From a virus, in the IMG/VR virus record IMGVR_UViG_3300037189_005453, positions 15,517 through 79,516 of that record: 64,000 bases of DNA; one strand, written 5' to 3'. Positions 17,274 to 26,312 of the stretch are shown here, one piece after another. The position numbers and the translations under genes are program-made. The notes under the pieces are model-generated. The model had not been told where the DNA came from. It ran no database searches and saw nothing but the letters and a program-made list of their open reading frames with translations. The stretch's first letter is position 1. Each line of letters starts with the position of its first letter.

Positions 17274-17595
17274 GGTTTGCTTTATCCCAAATCTCTAGGA
17301 AATCGGTCTCTGCAAGGATGACGTAATCTTCGCCGTCCAAATGGATTCCGAAAACAGGAAGACGACCATCCATAAACGCCTCTGTACTGATCTTCTTCAG
17401 TTCAGCTGAGCTAATGGTCTTGGTCTTTTTCCCAGTCCACTTGTGTTCAATGAGGAGCCCTTCTCCTCGAACATCTCCTTTACGTGACCAGAATGCCCCA
17501 GAAGCAGCGGTAGTCTGCCCACCTACCGCCTTAGCGAGTCGTTTCTCGTGCTTCTGGGACTGCTTTTGTCCCTCACTCTTCGACAAGTCGACCAT
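17266..17595 (-). CDS. Hjc-like PD-(D/E)XK Holliday junction resolvase
   Basis: HEKRLAK...ASGA...KGDV...IEHK pattern. Confidence 0.75.
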   Translation of the reverse strand: MVDLSKSEGQKQSQKHEKRLAKAVGGQTTAASGAFWSRKGDVRGEGLLIEHKWTGKKTKTISSAELKKISTEAFMDGRLPVFGIHLDGEDYVILAETDFLEIWDKANRD

Positions 17596-17818
17596 CCTTA
17601 TAAGCGTCGATAATGCGGGGAATGAGGAACATGATCCATTCACGGCTAACACAGGCGTCGCACCCACAAAAAGGCTGCCCTGAAACGGTCTCAAAGCCGT
17701 CTAGAGCGGGGATATCTTCCTCAGCGTAGGCGGACTCCCAACAGGCGTCCATGTACTCCTGGAAGGCGCGTGAGAGCTCCAGAGCCCACTCTGCGTCTGT
17801 GTGAGAGTAGTTAGCCAT
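17573..17818 (-). CDS. hypothetical protein with CxCxxC
   Basis: FCGCDAC; GGAG RBS. Confidence 0.65.
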   Translation of the reverse strand: MANYSHTDAEWALELSRAFQEYMDACWESAYAEEDIPALDGFETVSGQPFCGCDACVSREWIMFLIPRIIDAYKDGRLVEE

Positions 17819-18869
17819 CGATAGTCTCCATGGTTGGGGTGTCGGTAGTATTTAGGACCTTGTCGCGAAGCTCTTCAAACAGATCTACTTCTTCTCGAAT
17901 AGAGTTTGTTAGGTTTTCTACGCCCTGCCACTTACGCTCTCCGTAGTAAATCCAACCGCCCTTGCGGTCAACAATCTCGAGAACAATAGACATCGCGGCA
18001 ATCTCTTTAGCAGTGTCAAAATCTCCTGCATCGTAAACTCCCAAAGGAGCAAAGTAGAAGTCTACAAAAGCGGTACGTGATGGCGGTGCAGTTTTGTTCT
18101 TCAAAGTCTTGAGGGCAATTGTTTGACCCACACGGACCTTGTTACCTGCGGGGCCAGTCTCGATGTACTCCTTACGACGAACCTCAGTACGAGTGAAGTA
18201 TGCGTAGTCCTTGCCCTGGCCACCAGGAGTGGTTCGGGGGTCACCGTGCATGACACCGATCTTCATGCGGTACTGGTTAATAACAATACCCAGAATTGGA
18301 CGCTCTGCCTCTACCATGGATCGCTTCATTGCGGCCCCAGCTTTACGGAAGAACTTGTTGGTAATAAGTGCGCCACGACCCACAGTCATCTCGTCCATAG
18401 TCTTCTCGTCCTCTGGTCCAGGGACAAGAGCGGGAAGGGAGTCGATAACAATCGCGTCTACCGACTTTGACTCAGCAAAGGCGAGTACAGCATCGTACGC
18501 CTCTTCCATGATGTTGGTCTCGATGACAATGACACGGCTAGTGTCTACACCACACATCTCTGCGTACTCGGGAACCCACTGCTCTGCGGCTACCCAGACT
18601 GCAACAAAGTCAGGATTAATGGATTGGTTAGCGGCGATAGTCTTAAATGCAATAGCCGTCTTACCGTGGCTTGGCTCGCCTACAAGCTCGTTCCATTGGT
18701 TAGTAGGAAATCCTCCACCAAGGATGTAGTCGAAGGTTGTGGAGCCTGTGGTGGCTCGTTCAATAAGGTCGGATCGAATGTCCTGACCAATTACTACAGA
18801 TCCTTCACCCAGTTTTTTATTGATCTGGGCCATGATCTTTAATGCTTCGGGATTTATTGCCATCTTCAT
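17811..18869 (-). CDS. recA: RecA-like recombinase
   Basis: GEPSHGKT Walker A, IVIDS Walker B, INQYR...GDPRTTPGG, KNKTAPP. Confidence 0.95.
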   Translation of the reverse strand: MKMAINPEALKIMAQINKKLGEGSVVIGQDIRSDLIERATTGSTTFDYILGGGFPTNQWNELVGEPSHGKTAIAFKTIAANQSINPDFVAVWVAAEQWVPEYAEMCGVDTSRVIVIETNIMEEAYDAVLAFAESKSVDAIVIDSLPALVPGPEDEKTMDEMTVGRGALITNKFFRKAGAAMKRSMVEAERPILGIVINQYRMKIGVMHGDPRTTPGGQGKDYAYFTRTEVRRKEYIETGPAGNKVRVGQTIALKTLKNKTAPPSRTAFVDFYFAPLGVYDAGDFDTAKEIAAMSIVLEIVDRKGGWIYYGERKWQGVENLTNSIREEVDLFEELRDKVLNTTDTPTMETIDG

Positions 18870-18900
18870 TTTGCTCCGTATAATTGTTAGTTATTAAGTT

Positions 18901-19287
18901 CTAGTTAAGTCTACCGATAATTCCCTGAGGATTCCAGTTGCTGGCCCCATCGTTACCTAGCGAGGCTCTTGCTGGGCCGTCTACACGGGCAGTAGAAAGA
19001 TTTCCGTAACGGCTACCAGATTGAGATACTGGATAACCACAGTCGAAGCAGCGAGCCGTTAAGCTGGCGTCGTTTGGCTTCATGTAGTTTCCTGAGCCGC
19101 ATTCAGGACAAGTTTGAGTCTGTGATGCGCTCTGCACACGCCCAGCAGCAGGCTGTTGCTGCTGGAGCGTGGGCATCGGCGTCATAGGCTGCTGAGACGG
19201 CGGCATGGGGGGAGTGGGGTCAGGACGATACTGAGGCGTCTGTGCCCCTCCATTAAGTTTACTGGCCCACCAGTCGGCGTTACTCAT
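18901..19287 (-). CDS. Pro/Gln-rich zinc-ribbon protein
   Basis: CPECGS...RCFDCGY; AGGAG RBS. Confidence 0.7.
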   Translation of the reverse strand: MSNADWWASKLNGGAQTPQYRPDPTPPMPPSQQPMTPMPTLQQQQPAAGRVQSASQTQTCPECGSGNYMKPNDASLTARCFDCGYPVSQSGSRYGNLSTARVDGPARASLGNDGASNWNPQGIIGRLN

Positions 19288-19302
19288 TTATGCTCCTAGT
19301 TG

Positions 19303-19404
19303 TTACTGGCAGCTCTCACACTGGAAGGCATCCATCGGGTCGACGGGGACCGCGTAGTTGCCGACAGTGTCGTTTGAGCTGAAGGTGTTTGTTGACTCAT
19401 TCAT
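19303..19404 (-). CDS. 33-aa peptide ending in CESCQ (not in ORF track)
   Basis: MNESTNTFSSNDTVGNYAVPVDPMDAFQCESCQ; starts 3 nt after the upstream stop and fills the gap. Confidence 0.75.
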   Translation of the reverse strand: MNESTNTFSSNDTVGNYAVPVDPMDAFQCESCQ

Positions 19405-19407
19405 ATT

Positions 19408-19818
19408 TTACTTGTACTTTCTTGGAATTTCCAGTAGGCCCATGTCAATGAGTTGCGAAACCGAACCCATTAACGCGGATAGCGAGACTTGTTCCATCAT
19501 CTTTCGGCTTTCCCACCAGATTTCGGATGGGATTTCTCCCAGTTCATCAGGTAAGTTTTCTTTTTGAAACTCAATTGCTCCTTCAGCTAGAAGGTGCACC
19601 TGAGCAAAGAGTAAAGGAACAAGATAGGATATTTTTGCGATTCGCTTGTCGCTCTCTTCCTCTTCGCGCTCCATGACCTCATCGCTTATCGCAGCACATC
19701 CGAGGATAACGCTCAGTTCATGAGCGTTGTTAATCTGCGAGTCAAGGATAAGTCCACGAATGCGATTCGTAAGATCAGCCAGGGTAATTGCCGTTTGTTT
19801 TTTCTTTTTAAGCCACAT
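19408..19818 (-). CDS. hypothetical protein
   Basis: TAATG coupling to polA. Confidence 0.7.
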   Translation of the reverse strand: MWLKKKKQTAITLADLTNRIRGLILDSQINNAHELSVILGCAAISDEVMEREEEESDKRIAKISYLVPLLFAQVHLLAEGAIEFQKENLPDELGEIPSEIWWESRKMMEQVSLSALMGSVSQLIDMGLLEIPRKYK

Positions 19819-21830
19819 TATTTTGCTTCACCCCACTTGTTTACGATCTTAACGTCAGCAATTAGAGGGACGGTAATCTGGGGAAGACGAATGCCTTCCA
19901 TAGACTCACGGATAGCCTCTGCTACTTGTTCCGCTTTGTTTTCTGGTGTAATTGTCACAAGTTCATCGTGTACCGTAAGAATCACGTTTACGTCGGTCTC
20001 ATTCACGAAGCAGGAGTGTGCTCTCACGAGCGCCAACTTCATAAGGTCCGCTGCTGATCCTTGAATCATAGTGTTAAATGCTTGACGTTCTGCACGACCA
20101 AGAGCCGAAAAGTCCTTGGTGTTCAGTTCTGGAATATAGCGACGACGGCCAAACATGGTCTCTACAAACGGGATTTTTCCCGCTTGTTTTGCGTCACGTA
20201 TGACCTTTGCCTTGTACTTTGCAATTGAAGAAAATCGCTCCTCAAATCGATTAAGGAGGTCTTTTGCTTCTTTTACAGTACAGCCGATGGAGGCTGCGAT
20301 CTTGTCTGGACCCACCCCGTATGAGATGGCCAGAACCAAAACCTTACCAGCCTTGCGATCTACTCCCATGGTATCACCAATGGTTGTGTAGATGTCTCCA
20401 CCCGATAGGTAATTCTCAATCATGACGGGATCTTGGGAGAAACTCGCGATAACTCGCGGTTCAATTTGAGAATAATCCGCTACAACAAGCTTGTATCCAG
20501 GGGGAGCAACAAATAGATCACGGACCAGTTTTCCGTACTCTCCTGAAGAAGGAATGTTCTGTAGGTTAGGGCCACTGGAAGAGAATCGACCAGTGTCTGC
20601 GCCATCTGCACGGAAGTTAGTGTGAACACGTCCGTTTATGAGGAGACTTTTACGTTCTGTAATCTTTTCTTTACCCTTAGTCACTCGCTTAACTTCACCG
20701 CCAGTGTAGGGAGTTACGTAGGTAGTCATCAACTTGTTGAGGTCTTGGTACTCCAAGATTGCGTCAACTAAAGGATCTTTACCTCGATAAAACTCGAGTG
20801 CCTCAGCAGAAACCGAGTAATGAGTGTGGCTAGGATCGTCACCGTTCTTCATAGCCTGGTATCCCTTAGGAGTAAAGGCAACTTTAAGCTTCGGATTTGG
20901 CGCGGGCAGTCGTGGAGATTCTCCGCCAAACAACAGCAGTTGCTTTTCTGGAACTGAGTTGATTGGGAAAGGTTTGCCTGCCTCTTTATAGACTCGGCCC
21001 TCTGCCTCTACCTTACCTCGCTCTACCTCTTTGGCAAGAGTTTCCAGGGCATCCTGGTCGATGTAAGCGCCAGTCAACTCCATATCGCAAAGTGCTGACA
21101 GCACGTCCATCTCAAGTTTCCACACACGCTTGAGGTTGCCCGTGATCTGTGGCTCGAGCGCCTTGTATAGTTTCCAGGTAACCTCTGCGTCAATTCCCGA
21201 GTACTTTGCAACATCGCTGAAGGAGTATAGGGCTACGTTTTCTCCAATGCCCTTCTCAACTTCAATGCCCAGCTCACGCTTTACACAAGCTGCCAGGCTC
21301 ACACCAGATCCAAACTTAACCAAGTTGTTGATAATAAATGCAGCCATCATGGTATCAAAGTGGGGCTTTGAGGGTACCTGGCCCTTGTAATACTTGGCTA
21401 CAGACTTAAGGTCGAACTTAGCGTTGTGTGCAATCTTGAGAGCAGAGCCAAACATCAAAGGCTGAATAGCGTCGAATACCTGCCGTGGGGTGAGTTGTTT
21501 TGGTGGCTCGCTGAACTTGGGAACCCACTTTGATTGGTCCTTTGAGTAGTGCGCGTCAGTAAGCGGCTTGCCCTCAGCAAGGCGACGGACTCCAGGAGTG
21601 AGCAGTGGCTTGTCCCAGCCCTCTAACTCACCGTTGGGGTGACCCATTGGGATTACGTCTACGTGGATCTCTCCATTGATTTCAGTGGAAAAAGAAACCC
21701 AACACACGTCGTTGATAACGGGGTACAGACGGTCATCCCCGATGGTCTCTACGTCCCATGCAAATGCGGGAACTTTGGAGTAGCGACGGACAAAGTCCTG
21801 AAGTTGCTGCTCAGTTGTAATGATATTCAT
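19818..21830 (-). CDS. polA: family A DNA polymerase (3'-5' exonuclease + polymerase)
   Basis: WDVET, HNAKFD, TGRFSSSGPNLQNIP, ADYSQIEPR, IQGSAAD, TVHDE. Confidence 0.96.
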   Translation of the reverse strand: MNIITTEQQLQDFVRRYSKVPAFAWDVETIGDDRLYPVINDVCWVSFSTEINGEIHVDVIPMGHPNGELEGWDKPLLTPGVRRLAEGKPLTDAHYSKDQSKWVPKFSEPPKQLTPRQVFDAIQPLMFGSALKIAHNAKFDLKSVAKYYKGQVPSKPHFDTMMAAFIINNLVKFGSGVSLAACVKRELGIEVEKGIGENVALYSFSDVAKYSGIDAEVTWKLYKALEPQITGNLKRVWKLEMDVLSALCDMELTGAYIDQDALETLAKEVERGKVEAEGRVYKEAGKPFPINSVPEKQLLLFGGESPRLPAPNPKLKVAFTPKGYQAMKNGDDPSHTHYSVSAEALEFYRGKDPLVDAILEYQDLNKLMTTYVTPYTGGEVKRVTKGKEKITERKSLLINGRVHTNFRADGADTGRFSSSGPNLQNIPSSGEYGKLVRDLFVAPPGYKLVVADYSQIEPRVIASFSQDPVMIENYLSGGDIYTTIGDTMGVDRKAGKVLVLAISYGVGPDKIAASIGCTVKEAKDLLNRFEERFSSIAKYKAKVIRDAKQAGKIPFVETMFGRRRYIPELNTKDFSALGRAERQAFNTMIQGSAADLMKLALVRAHSCFVNETDVNVILTVHDELVTITPENKAEQVAEAIRESMEGIRLPQITVPLIADVKIVNKWGEAK

Positions 21831-21852
21831 AATGCCCTCTAAATGTGAATAG

Positions 21853-21891
21853 GGGGGGCCAGAGTGAAAGGAGGAAAGTCTCTGGCCCCCC
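21853..21891 (-). promoter_or_regulatory. 12-bp GC hairpin upstream of the polA RBS, loop ACUUUCCUCCUUUCA
   Basis: GGGGGGCCAGAG (21853-21864) / CTCTGGCCCCCC (21880-21891). Confidence 0.7.
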
Positions 21892-21904
21892 TGATGGTGA
21901 CTGG

Positions 21905-22552
21905 TTAGGAAACGAGTGAACGTGCCAGCGTCAGAAGTTCTTCGCGAGGGCTCACGTAGATAACTTCTGCGTCGTACGACACTGCGGTTGAAACGAACGC
22001 TTCGATAGCGTCACCGTCCAACTCCCAGTCTTCGGCCAGGTCGGTGGCGCGTACACGGTCAAGCATGTACTGCGTCGTGTTACCCGATCCTGTACGAGTG
22101 ATTGCCCAGTAGTACTTGGTCAGCGGTCCACGACGGGGGTCATCGTTGGCCGACTGAAGCTGACGTGCAAACGTGGGGGGAGCAGTCAGGATCTGTACAT
22201 TGGGCTCGCCGTCCGAGAGGACAACGATGTTGAAGGCGAACTTCGGGCGAGGCTTGTCACCAGCAATGGTGCAAAGCGGGCACTCGTCGCCAAGGCAAAC
22301 GAACGAACGCTTGCCTTCCGTGCGGTCAATCCAGTGCTGCTGGTACACAGCAAAGGGCTCGTCCTGCAGGAAGCGGACAAGTTGTGCCTGCTCAGAGAAG
22401 CGGAAGTCTGTAGCGTACTCAGACTTCTTCGGAGACAGGGCATCAACAGCAGCACCCCAGCCCGACTGCACGGTGGTTCCGTGCTTAGGAGCGAGGTCTG
22501 CGGTGTCTTCAGCCAAGTAGGACTCAGCGGAGACGGAGGGGGTGTTAATCAT
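21905..22552 (-). CDS. single-stranded DNA-binding protein (gp32-like)
   Basis: LVRFL...QHW...FVC..DECPLC...FAFN...ITRTGSG..TQY; located before polA. Confidence 0.75.
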   Translation of the reverse strand: MINTPSVSAESYLAEDTADLAPKHGTTVQSGWGAAVDALSPKKSEYATDFRFSEQAQLVRFLQDEPFAVYQQHWIDRTEGKRSFVCLGDECPLCTIAGDKPRPKFAFNIVVLSDGEPNVQILTAPPTFARQLQSANDDPRRGPLTKYYWAITRTGSGNTTQYMLDRVRATDLAEDWELDGDAIEAFVSTAVSYDAEVIYVSPREELLTLARSLVS

Positions 22553-22618
22553 TTCGGTATCTTTCGGTCTTGGTACTTACGTACACATCGGTCTTGGGCC
22601 TTGTGGCCACGTATTCAA

Positions 22619-23089
22619 TTATAGTGCCTCTTTCCAGCGGACCGCAAGGACCCCTGGTAAATCGGCGTGTTGCTTCCACTCTACTCGAGCGTTTCCCAAC
22701 AATCCGCGCTTTGTAAACTCGTCAATCGTTATCTGAATCAGGGCGCGTGTATAAACGCGGTTCCCATTCACCTTGGTACCATTGAGGTTTTTGGAGCGTA
22801 GACGGTAAGGTGCTGCGGGGATATACCCCTTTTTCTCCCACAGGCGAATAGTAACGACTTGCTTCTCCAATGCAGCTGCTAGTGCGCTGATCGGGAACAC
22901 TTCGACTTGTTCACCTTTGAGGGTCTTTACGATTGGGTTTTCATCCCAGCCGTTAGACTCCCCCAGAAGTTTTTGACGACGCTTTTCCGTTTCTGGTGTT
23001 TCTTCTCGTCGTTTTTGTTTGGATCCAGGCACGGTGTCGAGACCCTCAAAAGACTTAAGGACCTCGTCGACTCCGCGAATACCTACCAC
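22619..23089 (-). CDS. MerR-like helix-turn-helix DNA-binding protein
   Basis: ISALAAALEKQVVTIRLWEKKGYIP...RVYT. Confidence 0.75.
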   Translation of the reverse strand: MVGIRGVDEVLKSFEGLDTVPGSKQKRREETPETEKRRQKLLGESNGWDENPIVKTLKGEQVEVFPISALAAALEKQVVTIRLWEKKGYIPAAPYRLRSKNLNGTKVNGNRVYTRALIQITIDEFTKRGLLGNARVEWKQHADLPGVLAVRWKEAL

Positions 23090-23092
23090 TGA

Positions 23093-23536
23093 CTACTTCT
23101 TAACAGTGCGTAGTGCCCAGATGACATTTACAGGATACATCTCATCAAGCTGCTGCTCAGTGATCTTGTCCTCATAGTAAGCAGCCATGAGGGCATCCTC
23201 ATTAATGACTCGAACGGTCTCGTAAACTTCATCCGTGAGTCCCAGTGACTCCAGGAGAGTCTCTGCGGTGGCCTCGTCTAGTTTTCGGCTAGCACGACGC
23301 TGCTTCTCAATGCGCAGGATACCATCAATCTTTTCTTCAAACTCAAGAACAATGTTTCCATTGTGATCTTCGAATCCGTTCAGATCGATTTTCTCCATGA
23401 GCTTGTCACGGAGCTGCTTTGCACGAGAGTCAAGTACTTCCATAGAAGCCTTAACCTTTGCGTACTCGCTTACCTGGGCTTCCAGGGATTCAGGGTCCAA
23501 GAAGCGAGATACCTCTTCTTCAATTACTTTTGCCAT
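23093..23536 (-). CDS. hypothetical coiled-coil protein
   Basis: GGAGG RBS. Confidence 0.7.
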   Translation of the reverse strand: MAKVIEEEVSRFLDPESLEAQVSEYAKVKASMEVLDSRAKQLRDKLMEKIDLNGFEDHNGNIVLEFEEKIDGILRIEKQRRASRKLDEATAETLLESLGLTDEVYETVRVINEDALMAAYYEDKITEQQLDEMYPVNVIWALRTVKK

Positions 23537-23767
23537 TTAGTCCTCCAATTTTCCAGCAGCGAGTTCGGCCTGAGCCTTGTCTGCTGCGTCAGACAGCTTC
23601 GAAATGAAGTCACGAACTTCAGGGATCGTAAACGCCATGTCGTCAAACTCATGTTCGTTTGATCCGATAAATACGGCGGGTTGAGCGGGCTGCTTACCCT
23701 CGGATGTAATTACTGACATCTTGCCGTAGTAAACGTCGATATCGTTGTTGATGGTATCGGTTGCCAT
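23537..23767 (-). CDS. hypothetical protein
   Basis: AGGAGG RBS. Confidence 0.65.
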   Translation of the reverse strand: MATDTINNDIDVYYGKMSVITSEGKQPAQPAVFIGSNEHEFDDMAFTIPEVRDFISKLSDAADKAQAELAAGKLED

Positions 23768-23776
23768 TTTTTCCTC

Positions 23777-25342
23777 CTAGATTAGTTTGGCTGTGATGAA
23801 CTCTATCAGACTTCCGACTGTTAGGTCAACTCCCCCTCTGGTGTTGATGTTTTCACCATCGAGGATCGCACCTGCAATATTACTCTTTTGTCTTAACATG
23901 TCAAATTGACGCTGTTCAATCGAGTCTTTTACCAGTACATCTTGAATTGTAATAGTTGTCCATTCGCTGGACGTCCTGTTGATCCTACCATTGCGTTGAA
24001 CAAGAAGTCCAGAACTCCAGGGTTGATCGTAGTTTAACAGAAGATTGGCTTGAGGCAAATCCACGCCGTATCCTCCCGCATCACTGCTTACTAGGACTCG
24101 GATGTGAGATCGAGTTTGGAACTTTACTTTGGCGTCTTCTTTTTTTACGGCGTTCATTTCTCCCGTGTACGCCAGCGCACCAAATCCTTTTTTGTTTAAC
24201 CTGTCCACTAACTCGTCTACCGAATCCAGGTATGAAGCAAACACGACAGCTTTGTATGAATCATCAATACTGAGGTGCTCCACTAAATAGTCTGTGGCAA
24301 CATCTAGTTTGGGGGTTTTAGAAATTCCGTGAAGCAAATTTCCCAAAGAGTGAATGTATGCACTACCGCCTAGCTGTTGATCAAACTTGGCTGCGCTAGC
24401 TAAAAGAACGTTTGGGCTAGAACAGAGCATCCTGAGAGCGCCAATGCGGGACATGATTTCTCCGCGCATTTCTACTGCGGGGTCTCCTGGCTGATAACTT
24501 TGGCCGTAGTGTGCGGCTACGTTAAAGGAGGATCCAAATAGCTCCTTTGCCTGGGTAAGCAGATCCATGAGGTCCCCAGCGATTTTGTTGTAGAGAACCT
24601 GGCTGCCCCTGTCAAGTTTTACAATCAAAGGATCTCGGTATACCGCGTCGGGTAGGTAGGGGCGAACATCCTCATCTTTTTGTGACTTGCGAACAGCGTG
24701 TTCCATCAAGGTCTTATTAAGGAGGGGGAGGTTCCTATACCTCTGTACACCACCAAAGTGGTTCCTGACAATAAAGGTCTTGTCAAAGATGTCAAACCTT
24801 CCCAGGATCTTTGCATTAACAAACTGCATGATAGAGAAGATCTCTTCGGGTTTTCCGTTTTCAATTGGAGTCCCAGTGAGAGCAAATCTAATTGGGATGT
24901 TTTTTGAAAGCTCCTTTACTTTCTTTGCGCGCTTGGCACGGAACCCCTTGATTGCTGTGGCCTCATCGCAGATAACGGCCGAGAAGTTGAACTTTTTAAG
25001 TGCTTCCCAGTCATTGACTACCTGCTCGTAGTTCATGATTATGTAGTTAAAGTCTTCGACAAACCCATACGCTGTAGCACGCTGTTTAGGCGTGCCGTCG
25101 ATTACCAACGCGGAGGAATCACTAAACTTGCGGATCTCTTTTTGCCACTGGTACTTGAGGCTGGCAAGACAAAGGACTAAAACAGGCCCCGTTATCTCAC
25201 CCCTAGATCTAAGTTCTTCGATCGCGGCAATGGTCATGGGTGTCTTGCCTAGTCCCATTTCATATGCAACTAAGATGGTCTTTTGATCGACCATCTTTTC
25301 AACGGCCTCAACCTGATACGGTTTGAGTGTCCCCTGAAACAT
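23777..25342 (-). CDS. SNF2-family SF2 helicase
   Basis: EMGLGKT, DEAT, LTGTPIEN, GGYGVDL, QRNGRINR; likely start MFQGTLKPYQ after GGAG. Confidence 0.93.
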   Translation of the reverse strand: MFQGTLKPYQVEAVEKMVDQKTILVAYEMGLGKTPMTIAAIEELRSRGEITGPVLVLCLASLKYQWQKEIRKFSDSSALVIDGTPKQRATAYGFVEDFNYIIMNYEQVVNDWEALKKFNFSAVICDEATAIKGFRAKRAKKVKELSKNIPIRFALTGTPIENGKPEEIFSIMQFVNAKILGRFDIFDKTFIVRNHFGGVQRYRNLPLLNKTLMEHAVRKSQKDEDVRPYLPDAVYRDPLIVKLDRGSQVLYNKIAGDLMDLLTQAKELFGSSFNVAAHYGQSYQPGDPAVEMRGEIMSRIGALRMLCSSPNVLLASAAKFDQQLGGSAYIHSLGNLLHGISKTPKLDVATDYLVEHLSIDDSYKAVVFASYLDSVDELVDRLNKKGFGALAYTGEMNAVKKEDAKVKFQTRSHIRVLVSSDAGGYGVDLPQANLLLNYDQPWSSGLLVQRNGRINRTSSEWTTITIQDVLVKDSIEQRQFDMLRQKSNIAGAILDGENINTRGGVDLTVGSLIEFITAKLI

Positions 25343-26312
25343 AGGCAAGTTCTCCGAGTACTGACGATTTAGCGTTCTGAATACCCCAGCGAATTTCCTC
25401 ATCGGTCATGTCACCTGGGTCTTTTTTACTACTTCCACCATAGTTGAAAAAGAACAGGTTTAGTCCGTATTTACGGGCAAACTTAGACATTTCAGCACAC
25501 GCTTTTTTACCAGCGTTATCTACATTTGGGTTGTCAAAAGCTACGATGATTCGTTCTGATCGTCGGAGGAGTTTGATTTGTTCCTCGGAGAGTGTTGTTC
25601 CGCACGTAGCCAGTGCCCCGTCAATACCAGCAGAATAAATACGCAAACAATCAAGGGGAGACTCAACAACAACAGCCAGATCAGCAATTTGAACATCCAC
25701 TCCAAAAAGGGTCTTTGCCCGCTGAAGTCCAGCAGGGCGGTTAAAGAACGTGCGTTGTTCCGTACCTTTTTCCTGCCACCCCATAAGGCGGTTGAAGTGT
25801 GGTTCACGAAGGGGGAGAATCCATGTCGCTTTATTATTATCCCACAGCACTCCATACTTGCGGGCTGACTCCGCAGTAATGTTTCGGCTTTCCAGGGCTT
25901 TTGCAGGCGGTTCTTCGAAAACAGCAAGTCTGGCCTCGGACATCTCTAAAGGCTTGGGGTAAGCCTCGATGCGAGTAGGAAGATTTTTTACCATTTCTAG
26001 GAGATCCTCTATAGGAATAGAAGACATCTCTGCAAGCCAAGCTTGAGCAGTTGGATAGTCGTAGTAGTACTTGTTATCCCAAGTCTTGGTATAAAACTCT
26101 TTTACATCACAAACCAACTGTGCGAGGTTGCCTTTGTATCCACAAGAAAAACAGATGTGCTGACCAGTCTCTAGGTTGATCCACCAGGATGGAGAGTTAT
26201 CGGTTTTTCCAGTGCGGGCAAGGTGTTGGGGGCACAGGGCGTTAGCCTCATTGTTGCGTTCGGAATAGTCGATCCCCAACGCGTCAAGAGCAGCGGGCAC
26301 GTCTAGAAGCAT
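25308..26312 (-). CDS. DNA primase (zinc finger + TOPRIM)
   Basis: CPQH...CFSC; VVESPLD; AFDN...AG; KDPGD. Confidence 0.9.
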   Translation of the reverse strand: MLLDVPAALDALGIDYSERNNEANALCPQHLARTGKTDNSPSWWINLETGQHICFSCGYKGNLAQLVCDVKEFYTKTWDNKYYYDYPTAQAWLAEMSSIPIEDLLEMVKNLPTRIEAYPKPLEMSEARLAVFEEPPAKALESRNITAESARKYGVLWDNNKATWILPLREPHFNRLMGWQEKGTEQRTFFNRPAGLQRAKTLFGVDVQIADLAVVVESPLDCLRIYSAGIDGALATCGTTLSEEQIKLLRRSERIIVAFDNPNVDNAGKKACAEMSKFARKYGLNLFFFNYGGSSKKDPGDMTDEEIRWGIQNAKSSVLGELAYVSGDTQTVSG

